A stretch of DNA of 64,000 nt from an uncultured Thiomicrospira sp. (GTDB lineage: Bacteria; Pseudomonadota; Gammaproteobacteria; CAKMZV01): positions 1,632,001-1,696,000 of the forward strand of contig OZ239628.1 in NCBI GenBank assembly GCA_965195345.1. The letters are read 5' to 3'. The position numbers were made by a program, and so were the translations under genes. Shown here in pieces: positions 1 to 9,179 of this stretch. The notes under the pieces are model-generated. The model was given only the letters and a program-made list of their open reading frames with translations, was not told the origin of the DNA and ran no database searches. Within the stretch, counting starts at the first letter, position 1; each line of letters begins with the position of its first letter.

Positions 1-488
1 AGTGTCTGCCCTGTTTGTAGCGCAAATTTGTTGAGTATATTTTCCGCTTGTGTTGCCCAAATAATGGCTTTCACCTTCGCGCGGGCACGTGTTTTTTGCA
101 AATTTGAATTTGATTCAGAATAATCGATTAAATCAAGATAATAATGACCGTTAGCAACTTTCTTTATATTTTCAATTTCGGCGTGTACCCACTGTGGTTG
201 AGACCAAGTGCTTTGCACAGCATGTTGAATCGGTTTTAAATATTGTGTTAGGCTTATCCCCTCGTTATCTTCAAAACGCAATTCACCAGTATTGCTCGTA
301 CCAACTATGGCTTGCTTAGTTGGTACAACATTCCCTACTACTAATGTACTATCGTGCCAGCGCGAAAATAACTTTATGTCGAAGTCTTCTGTGATGAACC
401 ATTGTCTTTTTGTCATGTCCCACGAAGCACCGAGACTTTTAGCGGCATCTTTCTCTACGTAAGGGACTTTTAAATAAATACGATTCAT
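1..488 (-). CDS. xseA: Exodeoxyribonuclease VII large subunit-like protein with N-terminal DUF5710-like domain (partial, runs off left edge; not in ORF track)
   Basis: My translation from ATG at 488: MNRIYLKVPYVEKDAAKSLGASWDMTKRQWFI (DUF5710-like), a linker, then GISLTQYL...WVHAEIENIKKVANGHYYLDL...AKVKAIIWA, resembling the XseA N-terminal OB fold. The frame is open to the window edge. Confidence 0.75.
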   Translation of the reverse strand, partial: MNRIYLKVPYVEKDAAKSLGASWDMTKRQWFITEDFDIKLFSRWHDSTLVVGNVVPTKQAIVGTSNTGELRFEDNEGISLTQYLKPIQHAVQSTWSQPQWVHAEIENIKKVANGHYYLDLIDYSESNSNLQKTRARAKVKAIIWATQAENILNKFALQTGQT

Positions 489-492
489 TACT

Positions 493-1470
493 TTAATGTA
501 CGCTTGCTAAATCTGAATGACGAAAATCAAGCAACCACTCAAACGGTTTCTGTTTATTCGCTATTAGCGCAACACTCTTACGCCACACCTTAGCGCCGTC
601 TTCACCACTATAAAAACCGATCAAAGGGCGAACCAAAGAAGATAGGCTATATGGTTTGAACATCGCGTTCTTCACCCAAAACAAGTATTCTTGCAATACT
701 TTATCCCGCTCATCTTCTGAAGGCAAGCGTTCGTTTTCCAGCTCAAAAAACAACCAAGGATTGGAACAAGCAGCTCTGCCGACCATAATGCCATCAACTG
801 CTGGTAATTCATTTTGAGAAATGAAGTATTTATTTGCCTTACTCAATGAGTTAATTTCTCCGTTTGCACAAATATTCAATTGAGGGAAAGACGCTTTAAG
901 TTGATGAGATCGCAAAGGTTTTAACGGAGGCACGCTTCGATTTTTACGTGGACTAATGCCATTTAGTAACGCCATCCGATTGTGGACTATTACACCATCA
1001 CATCCAGCATCGACTAAAACGCCTACAAAATCAGTCAACTTCATAAAATCATCATCACCGTCCAGACCTATTCTGTGTTTTACTGTCACTCTCCCCTGCA
1101 ACTGATCTTTTAAAGCCTTGACCATGTCACCAACCAACTTAGGTTGAGCCATCAAACAAGCACCAAATTGCCCATTCTTAACCCTTGGACTAGGGCAGCC
1201 TACGTTGATATTTATTTCTGAAAAAACTTTAAGCTCTTTTTTGCAAGCCACTTTAACAGCGCCTGCAATGTCGTTGCCCCCTATTTGAAAAGCAGTGGGT
1301 CCTTCACCTTCTGCAAAAGCCATATAATGATCTTTAGGATTATGCAGTATTGCATTAATTGGAACCATTTCTGTGTAGTTAAGCGTATTAGGGCTAATCA
1401 AACGAATTAACTTGCGCATCGGCGGTGTGCTATAGCCCATCATTGGAGCCAATCGAAAACGATTATCCAT
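493..1470 (-). CDS. dusA: tRNA-dihydrouridine synthase A
   Basis: LAPMMG, YTEMV, QIGG, NINVGCPSPRV..G.FGACLM, VTVKHRIG, NGEI and GIMVGRAA motifs of the Dus family, DusA type. Confidence 0.88.
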   Translation of the reverse strand: MDNRFRLAPMMGYSTPPMRKLIRLISPNTLNYTEMVPINAILHNPKDHYMAFAEGEGPTAFQIGGNDIAGAVKVACKKELKVFSEININVGCPSPRVKNGQFGACLMAQPKLVGDMVKALKDQLQGRVTVKHRIGLDGDDDFMKLTDFVGVLVDAGCDGVIVHNRMALLNGISPRKNRSVPPLKPLRSHQLKASFPQLNICANGEINSLSKANKYFISQNELPAVDGIMVGRAACSNPWLFFELENERLPSEDERDKVLQEYLFWVKNAMFKPYSLSSLVRPLIGFYSGEDGAKVWRKSVALIANKQKPFEWLLDFRHSDLASVH

Positions 1471-1524
1471 GCAATGTCGTCCAATTTAACCATGTATTTA
1501 AAGCATTCATCTTGCTACTTCTTT

Positions 1525-2916
1525 TTATATTTTCTGTTTTGTACGTTGGTCTAAGTTGGCTGAAATCAACTGATTAAGTTGATCAAAACATGTACTCCAA
1601 TCATTCGATTTGTTTTGACGTAACAATTTAACATTGCGATACCACGGCGAATTATCACGTGCCCTAAACCATCTCCAATCATGTACTAACGGTATAAAAA
1701 TGATGGTTGGCTTTCCTAAAGATGCTGCGAGGTGTGCAACAGCTGTGTCGACAGAGACTACCACATCAAGATGCGCAATCAGGGCGGCAGTGCTTGCAAA
1801 ATCCTCCATCTGTTGATCCAGTAATATTATTTTATCAGCACACAGTTTTTTTTCTTCTTCGCTAATTTCTTTTTGCAAACCATAGAACGTTCCTCCTTTG
1901 ACAGCAGAAAGTGCTTGAAGTAAGTCAGCCACTACTATGGAACGATTATAATCGTTTTCGTGCGTTTTACTGCCTTGCCAACAAACGCCGATTTTAAAAC
2001 TCTGGGAGGTCAAAAAAAAGTCTCTCATTTTTTTAACATCGGTTGCTACTGGCTTCAAATAGTGCGCATAGTTGGGAATATTCAACGGATCAATTTTCAG
2101 TAGAAATGGCAAACTCATCATAGGAAAATACCAATCGTTTGCTACCGTTTCATCCTCCGAAATAAAATGTATTTTAGGGAAGTTGCTTTGCATTAACCGT
2201 AATAAATTATTCTGTATGCGCACTTGTATCTGTTCTATTTTCACATGTCTGGTTTGTAACAGCATAAGCACAAACCGTATGAACATTATTGAATCGCCAA
2301 AGCCCTGCTCACAAACAAAGGTAAGTATTTCCCCTTTTTTTAGACTTTGTCCCTGCCAACGATTAGACTTAATGTTTTTTAGAGCAACGCGCATGCCTTC
2401 TTTATGAAATCGTGATTCATAAAAGAGGAATCCCTGCCTAAACTCGCCAAGTCGTAACAACACCCAACTAAGATTGAAACGAATGCTATGATTTTCACTT
2501 GAGAGCGTTAATGCTTTTTGATAGCAAGTGAGCGCCGCCTCATAATCCCCCAACTGCAGATGTAAGCTGCCGAAGTTATTTAGTGTTGTCGATGAGTTAG
2601 GGTTTAATAATAGTGCTTTTTGTAACCATTCATGACAATCTTTGTAGCGACGTTGGCGAAGCGTCAGGCTTGCCATGTTATCTAGTATATTGACATTTTC
2701 TGCATCAATTGACAGCCCTTTTTGATAGTATGCCTCCGCTTCATTAAAACGATTAAGTACTTTATTAAGTACTCCAAGTGCATTTAAAACATCAATATTG
2801 TCAGGCTCTTGTTTTGCTATCTCTTCGAACATCTCCAAAGAATGGAGATAATCCTGCTGGTGGTAAGCAGCAACGGCTTCTTGGAATAAGGTATTAGCCA
2901 TGACGATTGGCTTCAT
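1525..2916 (-). CDS. TPR-repeat protein with C-terminal glycosyltransferase (GT9-like) domain
   Basis: N-terminal TPR-like helical repeats. C-terminal EQGFGDSIMFIRF, WQGS...NRS and DFASTAALIAHLDVVVSVDTAVAHLAASLGKP motifs. Confidence 0.8.
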   Translation of the reverse strand: MKPIVMANTLFQEAVAAYHQQDYLHSLEMFEEIAKQEPDNIDVLNALGVLNKVLNRFNEAEAYYQKGLSIDAENVNILDNMASLTLRQRRYKDCHEWLQKALLLNPNSSTTLNNFGSLHLQLGDYEAALTCYQKALTLSSENHSIRFNLSWVLLRLGEFRQGFLFYESRFHKEGMRVALKNIKSNRWQGQSLKKGEILTFVCEQGFGDSIMFIRFVLMLLQTRHVKIEQIQVRIQNNLLRLMQSNFPKIHFISEDETVANDWYFPMMSLPFLLKIDPLNIPNYAHYLKPVATDVKKMRDFFLTSQSFKIGVCWQGSKTHENDYNRSIVVADLLQALSAVKGGTFYGLQKEISEEEKKLCADKIILLDQQMEDFASTAALIAHLDVVVSVDTAVAHLAASLGKPTIIFIPLVHDWRWFRARDNSPWYRNVKLLRQNKSNDWSTCFDQLNQLISANLDQRTKQKI

Positions 2917-2924
2917 TTAAAGTA

Positions 2925-3431
2925 TTACTCAATAATGCAAACATATGTTTTTTCATCAACCATTGTAAAAAGCTCTAAAAGATCATTGTTTCCCATACGT
3001 ATGCATCCGTGACTTCCAGTTTTCCCTAACTCTATGAAATCCGGTGTCCCGTGAATGTAAATATAACGTTCCAATGAATCACAACATTCACCTCGCTTAT
3101 TCGTACCTTTGTTAAAACCATCCTCCAATCCTTTCAATCTTAAAATGCGAGTCAATATCCAATCACGTTTTGGGTGTTTGGTAAACAGTTCGTCTCTGTA
3201 TATCTCGCCAGTCGGCTGACGTCCTACAAAAACGCTGTTAATCGGCTCGCCATCTCCTATTTTTTCGCAAACTTGATGCATTCCTCTTGGAGTGCAAAAA
3301 CTGTTTTCAACTTCTCCTGCGCCATTCTCTGCGCTACTAATCAGGTAGCTTTTTAAAAGATTTCCCCCTTTTTTAGGAAAGCATCTTAACACTTGCTTAC
3401 TAAGAATGATTTCAATGAACTTTGATTTCAT
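2925..3431 (-). CDS. YkuD-family L,D-transpeptidase/carboxypeptidase without signal peptide (ElsL-like)
   Basis: TPRG, RDWILTRIL and YIYIHGTP..GSHGCIRM (catalytic His/Cys) motifs. No hydrophobic N-terminus. Confidence 0.8.
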   Translation of the reverse strand: MKSKFIEIILSKQVLRCFPKKGGNLLKSYLISSAENGAGEVENSFCTPRGMHQVCEKIGDGEPINSVFVGRQPTGEIYRDELFTKHPKRDWILTRILRLKGLEDGFNKGTNKRGECCDSLERYIYIHGTPDFIELGKTGSHGCIRMGNNDLLELFTMVDEKTYVCIIE

Positions 3432-4917
3432 AATTATTTAAATCCAAATAGTTGCCGTCACTCGATAGATTATAGTTTTTAGCATTACGGATACTGATCG
3501 CTACATTATCCTCATACCATAAAGGTACGTAGGGCAAATCAGCAAGGATTTGAGATTGCAATTCATTGAGCAATTGTTTTTTTATTGATAGATCGTTCGA
3601 GTGCTCTATCTTCTCGATTAATGCATTCACTTTAAGGCTGATATAACTTCCTCGGTTTGCTCCATTAGGGGGAATAGCTTCTGAATGATGCACATATCGA
3701 AATATATCAATGCCTTTAACGCCGACCCAAGCTAAGGAATAAAGCTGAAAGCGCCCTGCCTTGATATCGTCATAGAAAGTTCCCCAATCATAGCTTTGAA
3801 TGTCCAAATCAATGCCTAATGGTTGCAGTTGCGCCTGAATGACACTGGCAAGGCGCAATCGCAATGGGTCTTTAGATGTTTTGAATGAAAGTCTAATTCG
3901 ATTTTCGGGGTTAATGCCTATTTCTTTCAGTAAAGCACTCGCCTTCTCTGTGTTGTATTGATAAGAAGTCAATCCACTGGCACTCGCCCAATGCTCTGGT
4001 GGCAGTATTGCATTTGCTTTACGCGCTGCTCCTGCAAATAAATATTTAATAATGGTATCTCGATCAATTGCATGAGCGATGGCTAAACGTAATTTGTGAT
4101 CGGCAAGCAATGGGTCTTTTAAGTTAAAACCAAGATATGCAAATGTACTGCCTGAATGCTTTTTAACGTTTACTTCGTTTTTTGAGCTGAGCCATGCTAT
4201 TAGTTCAGGAGGTAAATTATTCTGTAATAGTTGTACCTCACCCTTCAATAATTTAAGCACCCGGATCGTTGGATCACGGCTGACAACAAACCTTAGCTTA
4301 AAGTCATCCGAACGGCGCTTTAATAGAATATCTCCACCTTCTGTCCAAGATTTTTCTAAAATATAGTTGCCACTTGATGGCGCTTGTCCTTGCGGATTTT
4401 CTAACCAACTCTTAGGTAAAACCCCTATCACTAAAGTTGACAGAAATAATGGGTCCGCCCGTTTGAGAAAAAAATCCACCGTTTGAGAATCGACAACTTC
4501 AATTCTATCTATGTGCATTAAGCTCCCTCTATGTGGAGAACCAGTGTCCTTATTAAGAATAGAGTCGTACGTCGCTTTTATATCAGCGGATGTGACAGGT
4601 TGATTTGTGGAAAAACTGGCTCCTTCTTGAAGGCGTAAACGAAAATGTTGCGGGGTGATTTCTTCCCATTCGCACAACCATGGAATAGGCTGGCTCTTAT
4701 CGTTAAAAGTTACTGGTGCTTTATACATGAGCTGTCCAATGCGAAAAGAAGTAGCATCCGTAGCAAATCGCACATCAAGGGTACGCGGGGCAGCGGGTAT
4801 AGCAAAGCTCAAATCAACTGCCTCAGTGCTTTGTCTTGCACAAGCACTTATGCCTAAAAAAAATAAGCAGAGCGATATATTCTTAAACAGTTGTTTCAAT
4901 TTCAACGTTCGATCCAT
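3412..4917 (-). CDS. ABC transporter peptide-binding lipoprotein (family 5 SBP)
   Basis: Lipobox ISAC, plus PVTSADIKATY, YLGFNL, LRLAIAHAIDR and DLPYVPLW. The ORF track starts at 4938; the ATG at 4917 is more plausible. Confidence 0.85.
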   Translation of the reverse strand: MDRTLKLKQLFKNISLCLFFLGISACARQSTEAVDLSFAIPAAPRTLDVRFATDATSFRIGQLMYKAPVTFNDKSQPIPWLCEWEEITPQHFRLRLQEGASFSTNQPVTSADIKATYDSILNKDTGSPHRGSLMHIDRIEVVDSQTVDFFLKRADPLFLSTLVIGVLPKSWLENPQGQAPSSGNYILEKSWTEGGDILLKRRSDDFKLRFVVSRDPTIRVLKLLKGEVQLLQNNLPPELIAWLSSKNEVNVKKHSGSTFAYLGFNLKDPLLADHKLRLAIAHAIDRDTIIKYLFAGAARKANAILPPEHWASASGLTSYQYNTEKASALLKEIGINPENRIRLSFKTSKDPLRLRLASVIQAQLQPLGIDLDIQSYDWGTFYDDIKAGRFQLYSLAWVGVKGIDIFRYVHHSEAIPPNGANRGSYISLKVNALIEKIEHSNDLSIKKQLLNELQSQILADLPYVPLWYEDNVAISIRNAKNYNLSSDGNYLDLNNYEIKVH

Positions 4918-5465
4918 CGGTCGTTCTGAAAATCCCATAATTTTGAAGGAGCACCAATTAATTCTCCTGCATTAATTATGCCATCAACCTGTGCACTAAT
5001 TAAAGAATCTACGTCTTGTACTCGGGAAATTGGAGGCGATCCACTGATATTGGCTGATGTTGTAATAAATGGCTGTTTTAATGCAGTTATAAACTGCTGG
5101 ATGGGGTGATTTCCAAGATAACGAACACCTAATTTTTCATTATTGGATAACCAATAAAAATCCTCTTTATTTTTTTTATTTATCAACCAAGTTGTAGGTT
5201 GTGTGGCATTGATTATTTTTTCCTGAAAATCGAGAGGCGGTTCTAAATGCTTACAAATCCAATCAACATCAGGTGCTATAACTGAAAGGGATTTATTGCT
5301 ATTCCGATTTTTTATGCGATTAATTCTTTCTGCCACTCTCTTTGTAGCTACACCGCCTAGTCCGTAAACTGTATCAGTCGGATAAACAAGCAGCGATCCT
5401 TTATTTACAAAACGCTCCCAAATATCAAATTGTTCGAGAAAAGAATGCAGGGATATTGGGATCAT
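4902..5465 (-). CDS. tsaC: L-threonylcarbamoyladenylate synthase (TsaC/Sua5/YrdC family)
   Basis: VYPTDTVYGLG, IKNR and TTSANISG motifs; 187 aa. Confidence 0.8.
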   Translation of the reverse strand: MIPISLHSFLEQFDIWERFVNKGSLLVYPTDTVYGLGGVATKRVAERINRIKNRNSNKSLSVIAPDVDWICKHLEPPLDFQEKIINATQPTTWLINKKNKEDFYWLSNNEKLGVRYLGNHPIQQFITALKQPFITTSANISGSPPISRVQDVDSLISAQVDGIINAGELIGAPSKLWDFQNDRWIER

Positions 5466-5483
5466 AACTTAAGAAGCAGTTCT

Positions 5484-6542
5484 CTACGAAGGATTGTATT
5501 TTCTTCCCGGCACATAAGGTATGGCTGCTCCAGTGATTCTACGGGCATCTACGGTTTCTCCGTCATCATGTTTTTTCGCCATCCAAGCCCAAGCGCACGC
5601 TTCAATAAAACCTTCGTGCCAGCCAAGACGGCTAGAAGGTATTACTTCAATTGCAAGTGTTTCTTGCAAACGCTGTAAAAAATAAATATTCTTCGCCCCA
5701 CCCCCACAAACAACTAAGTCATCCAAGCGAATGTTATGTAAATCAATTGCTTTTTTTATACTGTGCACGCTCAATTCAACCAACGTGCTCACTAAGTCAG
5801 TTGGATTAATTTCAAATTTTTCTAAAAACGGTTGTAACCAATCTGCATTAAAGTAATTGAGTCCTGTACTTTTAGGAGCAATCTTATTGAAATATTGGTC
5901 TTCAAGCATCGCGAATAACATGCAATCATTAACGATGCCCCGTTCAGAAATCTTGCCGTCTTTGTCAAAATCTTGATCAAAGTACTTCCTACATACTAAG
6001 TCGATAATTGTATTTGCAGGTCCCGTGTCAAATCCCATTGAAACATTCTTGCCCTCTAATAAACTTAAATTAGCTATCCCCCCCAAGTTCAATACACCGC
6101 GAATCCCTGTGGTAGATAGTATTTCACGATGGAACAATGGAGCTAATGGTGCACCTTGACCACCATTAGCGATGTCAATTTCTCTAAAGTCAGCAACGAC
6201 TGAGTACCCCAGTTGCTTGGCAATCCGTTCAGCATTACCTATATAAGTACTAATTTTTTTATCAGGGTGATGGAATAGAGTATGACCATGAAAACCAAGT
6301 GTTGTAGGCTGTAACAAGTTTTTTTGGAATTGTAATAATGATTCAATAACAAAATTGGTGAATGCAACATCGACTTGCTGCTTTTCTTGTATTGAAAATG
6401 AAGCATCAAGTTGGAGCAATTGATTGCGAAAACCTGATGAATACGGATAAGTCTTGTGGTGTAGAAGCTTTAACGAATCATCGATAGCAACCAAATCTAA
6501 TCCATCTGAACTGGTTCCGGACATTTGCCCAAGATACAACAT
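5484..6542 (-). CDS. anmK: Anhydro-N-acetylmuramic acid kinase
   Basis: GQMSGTSSDG, GFHGHTLFH, DFREIDIANGGQGAPLAP, GFDTGPAN and VCGGGAKN motifs. Confidence 0.93.
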   Translation of the reverse strand: MLYLGQMSGTSSDGLDLVAIDDSLKLLHHKTYPYSSGFRNQLLQLDASFSIQEKQQVDVAFTNFVIESLLQFQKNLLQPTTLGFHGHTLFHHPDKKISTYIGNAERIAKQLGYSVVADFREIDIANGGQGAPLAPLFHREILSTTGIRGVLNLGGIANLSLLEGKNVSMGFDTGPANTIIDLVCRKYFDQDFDKDGKISERGIVNDCMLFAMLEDQYFNKIAPKSTGLNYFNADWLQPFLEKFEINPTDLVSTLVELSVHSIKKAIDLHNIRLDDLVVCGGGAKNIYFLQRLQETLAIEVIPSSRLGWHEGFIEACAWAWMAKKHDDGETVDARRITGAAIPYVPGRKYNPS

Positions 6543-7804
6543 TAATTACTACCAGCCGTCTCTCCTTGGGCTAAATAAGGGATCCGTTTCTCTTCCAAGG
6601 TTTTCCAGTGATTTTCAGCCTGTTTTAGAAACTTTTGTTTTTGTTTTTTGGTTATCGATTTGCCTCTTGGCAATTTGACTTTCAATGGGTCAACGTGGAC
6701 TCCTAAATAACGAAGTTCATAATGCAAATGAGGTCCCGTCGAACGACCAGTGCTTCCCACATAAGCAATCACGTCTCCTTTGTTCACTTTCTTGTTTTTA
6801 CGCATCCCTTTTTTAAATCGACTAATATGCGCATAAACAGTCATATACTTTCTACCGTGTTTAATTTTAATGATATTCCCGTATGTATTCGAGTAACCAA
6901 TTGTAGTTATAACTCCGTTGGCTGTGGCGTAGATAGGCGTTCCCGTAGGAGCCGCGTAATCAACACCTCTGTGCGCAACGATTTTGTGTAATATTGGGTG
7001 TAGTCGTTTGGGATGAAAGCGACTGCTTATTCTTACATGTCTAACAGGATTGCGATCAAAAGCAGTTTCCATATTCTCACCCTTACGAGTGTAATAACCT
7101 GCTTTTTTCTTTTCTTCAAATCGAACGACTTCCCACTCCCCTGCTTTACCTACAAACGCCACTGCTTGAATGAACGTGTTGCTTACCTGCTTTCCATCTA
7201 TGTAATGCTGTCCGTAAATTAGTTGAAAACGATCGCCCTTTCTTAAATCGGTAGAAAAATTAATATGCCCCCCAAATATATTCTCTAACTGAATTAAAAT
7301 TTTGTCAGGAACCCCTGCTTTAAAACCATCAAAAAACAATGATTGGTTAACAATAATTTCTTTGTATTGCTCTCTAACTTCTATTGGCTTTTGTACTACA
7401 TCGGTTTGAAACGATTCATCATCTTTTTCTATTCTGATGTACTTTCCAGCATTTAGTAATAATCGTGCTTCTTTAAAAGCGCAGGTATGTGGAGAGCGTC
7501 CTATTTCTAAACGATCGCCTATACGTAATTGGGTTAATCTTTTATTAAAATCAGACTCTTTTGATAACCAAAGTACTTCATGCGGCAGTACTTTAAACTT
7601 GTCTAAAATCCCTCCCAATGTTTGACCTGATTTAACAGTCCATTGGCTCCACAGAAGCATGCCACTATCTGTTTTTGCGGGAAGTAACGGGGATACGGCA
7701 GGGCAAACTATCTTGGCATTGGCAGAGGTTGCCAATACTGTCACAACTAAACATAGCCCAATATTAAGTCTTTTATCAATTATTCTTTTTAACCAAAAAA
7801 ACAT
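6542..7804 (-). CDS. M23 peptidoglycan D,D-endopeptidase (MepM/OapA-like)
   Basis: HRGVDY, YAH and STGPHLHYE zinc motifs; N-terminal signal/TM segment; usual position upstream of anmK. Confidence 0.88.
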   Translation of the reverse strand: MFFWLKRIIDKRLNIGLCLVVTVLATSANAKIVCPAVSPLLPAKTDSGMLLWSQWTVKSGQTLGGILDKFKVLPHEVLWLSKESDFNKRLTQLRIGDRLEIGRSPHTCAFKEARLLLNAGKYIRIEKDDESFQTDVVQKPIEVREQYKEIIVNQSLFFDGFKAGVPDKILIQLENIFGGHINFSTDLRKGDRFQLIYGQHYIDGKQVSNTFIQAVAFVGKAGEWEVVRFEEKKKAGYYTRKGENMETAFDRNPVRHVRISSRFHPKRLHPILHKIVAHRGVDYAAPTGTPIYATANGVITTIGYSNTYGNIIKIKHGRKYMTVYAHISRFKKGMRKNKKVNKGDVIAYVGSTGRSTGPHLHYELRYLGVHVDPLKVKLPRGKSITKKQKQKFLKQAENHWKTLEEKRIPYLAQGETAGSN

Positions 7805-8009
7805 ATTTTTTATTTTCTTCGCTTTGGTTTATCAATAGATGTTTGTTTATTCTAATCCACGTAGGAATATCGTAATAACTGCCTCTATCCGTAGAAATCA
7901 GTCGAATAATTTCTCCTTTCTTCAACTCTCGCAATGCATTCTGCAATGCAATAATTGGATCAGGGCAACTTAAACCCGACACATCAATTATCTTTATGGG
8001 TTCATGCAT
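7776..8009 (-). CDS. tusA: TusA-family sulfur carrier
   Basis: IDVSGLSCPDP (CPxP) motif, STD...DIP; 77 aa. Confidence 0.8.
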   Translation of the reverse strand: MHEPIKIIDVSGLSCPDPIIALQNALRELKKGEIIRLISTDRGSYYDIPTWIRINKHLLINQSEENKKYVFLVKKNN

Positions 8010-8312
8010 TCTCTAATTTAAATCTAATGTATACGTAATACCCCTCACACATACTTTTTTAAGTACCATTATAATTCATTAAATAATCACATTATTAATT
8101 ATTTATAACCCATTGTAATACTGAAACTTAATGCAGATAAAGATGTTTCAGTAAAAGTTTGGAATTGGGCAGGGCGTTTGACTATAAGTATAACAGCACC
8201 TTTTCAAGGATATGCAAAAAGCATTCAATTCTCATGAAGATGAGCTGATACAACTTGCAAGAAACAGCTGGTAAAAAACAATATGCTTCATCCAATTTAA
8301 TCACGTACGGTG

Positions 8313-8326
8313 TATAATCCCGCCCG
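8313..8326 (+). promoter_or_regulatory. Sigma70 -10 element with GC-rich discriminator upstream of dksA
   Basis: TATAAT at 8313-8318 followed by CCCGCCCG. No clear -35. Confidence 0.5.
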
Positions 8327-8375
8327 ATTTAAATATTTTCAATTTTTACTTAACCCAACACTATCAAGCAATAAC

Positions 8376-8819
8376 ATGAGTGGATACCGTTACCTTGAAG
8401 ACTTGCCAAACTATGAACCCCAAAAAGGTGAAGAGTATATGAACAATAGTCAGCTGGAACATTTCAAAAACAAACTAATAACATGGAAATCTATCCTCGA
8501 AGACGAGGTGAGTAGAACGATTGACCATATGAGGAATGAATCAACTCAGATTCCTGATGAGTTAGACCGAGCTACAATGGAAGAAGGATTCAGATTAGAG
8601 ATACGCACTCGTGAACGTGAACATAAACTAATGTTAAAGATAGAAGAAGCACTACTTCGAATCGAACTTTCAGAGTATGGTTATTGTAGAGAAACTGGTG
8701 AGGAAATTGGGCTTGCTCGATTAGATGCTCGCCCAACAGCTGACTTATGCATCGCTGAAAAGGAACGGATGGAACAACGGGAAAAACAAGGATTACATAT
8801 AAACACGAGGGTCTTTTAA
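8376..8819 (+). CDS. dksA: RNA polymerase-binding transcription factor DksA (two-Cys variant)
   Basis: EEYMN..QL.HF, coiled-coil tip PDELDRA, and YGYCRETGEEIG.ARL.ARPTADLC. I prefer the ATG at 8376 over the track's GTG at 8310, which overlaps the -10 element. Confidence 0.92.
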   Translation: MSGYRYLEDLPNYEPQKGEEYMNNSQLEHFKNKLITWKSILEDEVSRTIDHMRNESTQIPDELDRATMEEGFRLEIRTREREHKLMLKIEEALLRIELSEYGYCRETGEEIGLARLDARPTADLCIAEKERMEQREKQGLHINTRVF

Positions 8820-8821
8820 TC

Positions 8822-9169
8822 ATGAAAAATATACTATTCTATTTATTTATCGCTATTACTCCAATTACTGCTTTTGCTGAAGGAGAACAAGAAGGGAGCT
8901 TTTTAAGCTTACTTCCTCTCGTCTTATTATTTGTTGTCTTTTACTTTGTTTTAATCCGTCCTCAGCAGAAAAAAACAAAACTACATAAAAAAATGACGGA
9001 AGAGTTGAAAAAAGGAGATGAAGTAATCACTTTTGGTGGCATTTTGGCGCGCATTGTAGAGTTGGATGAAAACTTTCTTTCTCTTGAAGTAGCTGACGAA
9101 GTAATCATAAAAGTACAACGCTCAGGTGTAGCAACACTTATGCCTAAAGGTACATACAAATCGTCTTAA
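8822..9169 (+). CDS. yajC: Preprotein translocase subunit YajC
   Basis: FYFVLIRPQQKK and LKKGDEVITFGGI motifs; upstream of secDF. Confidence 0.95.
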   Translation: MKNILFYLFIAITPITAFAEGEQEGSFLSLLPLVLLFVVFYFVLIRPQQKKTKLHKKMTEELKKGDEVITFGGILARIVELDENFLSLEVADEVIIKVQRSGVATLMPKGTYKSS

Positions 9170-9179
9170 ACTGAAAAAT

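Noticed and set aside
8176-8196. Possible Zur box (…GACTATAAGTATAACA…) upstream of two-Cys dksA
   Set aside because: Only the right half-site (TATAAC) matches the GTTATA-N-TATAAC palindrome, which is not enough in AT-rich DNA.
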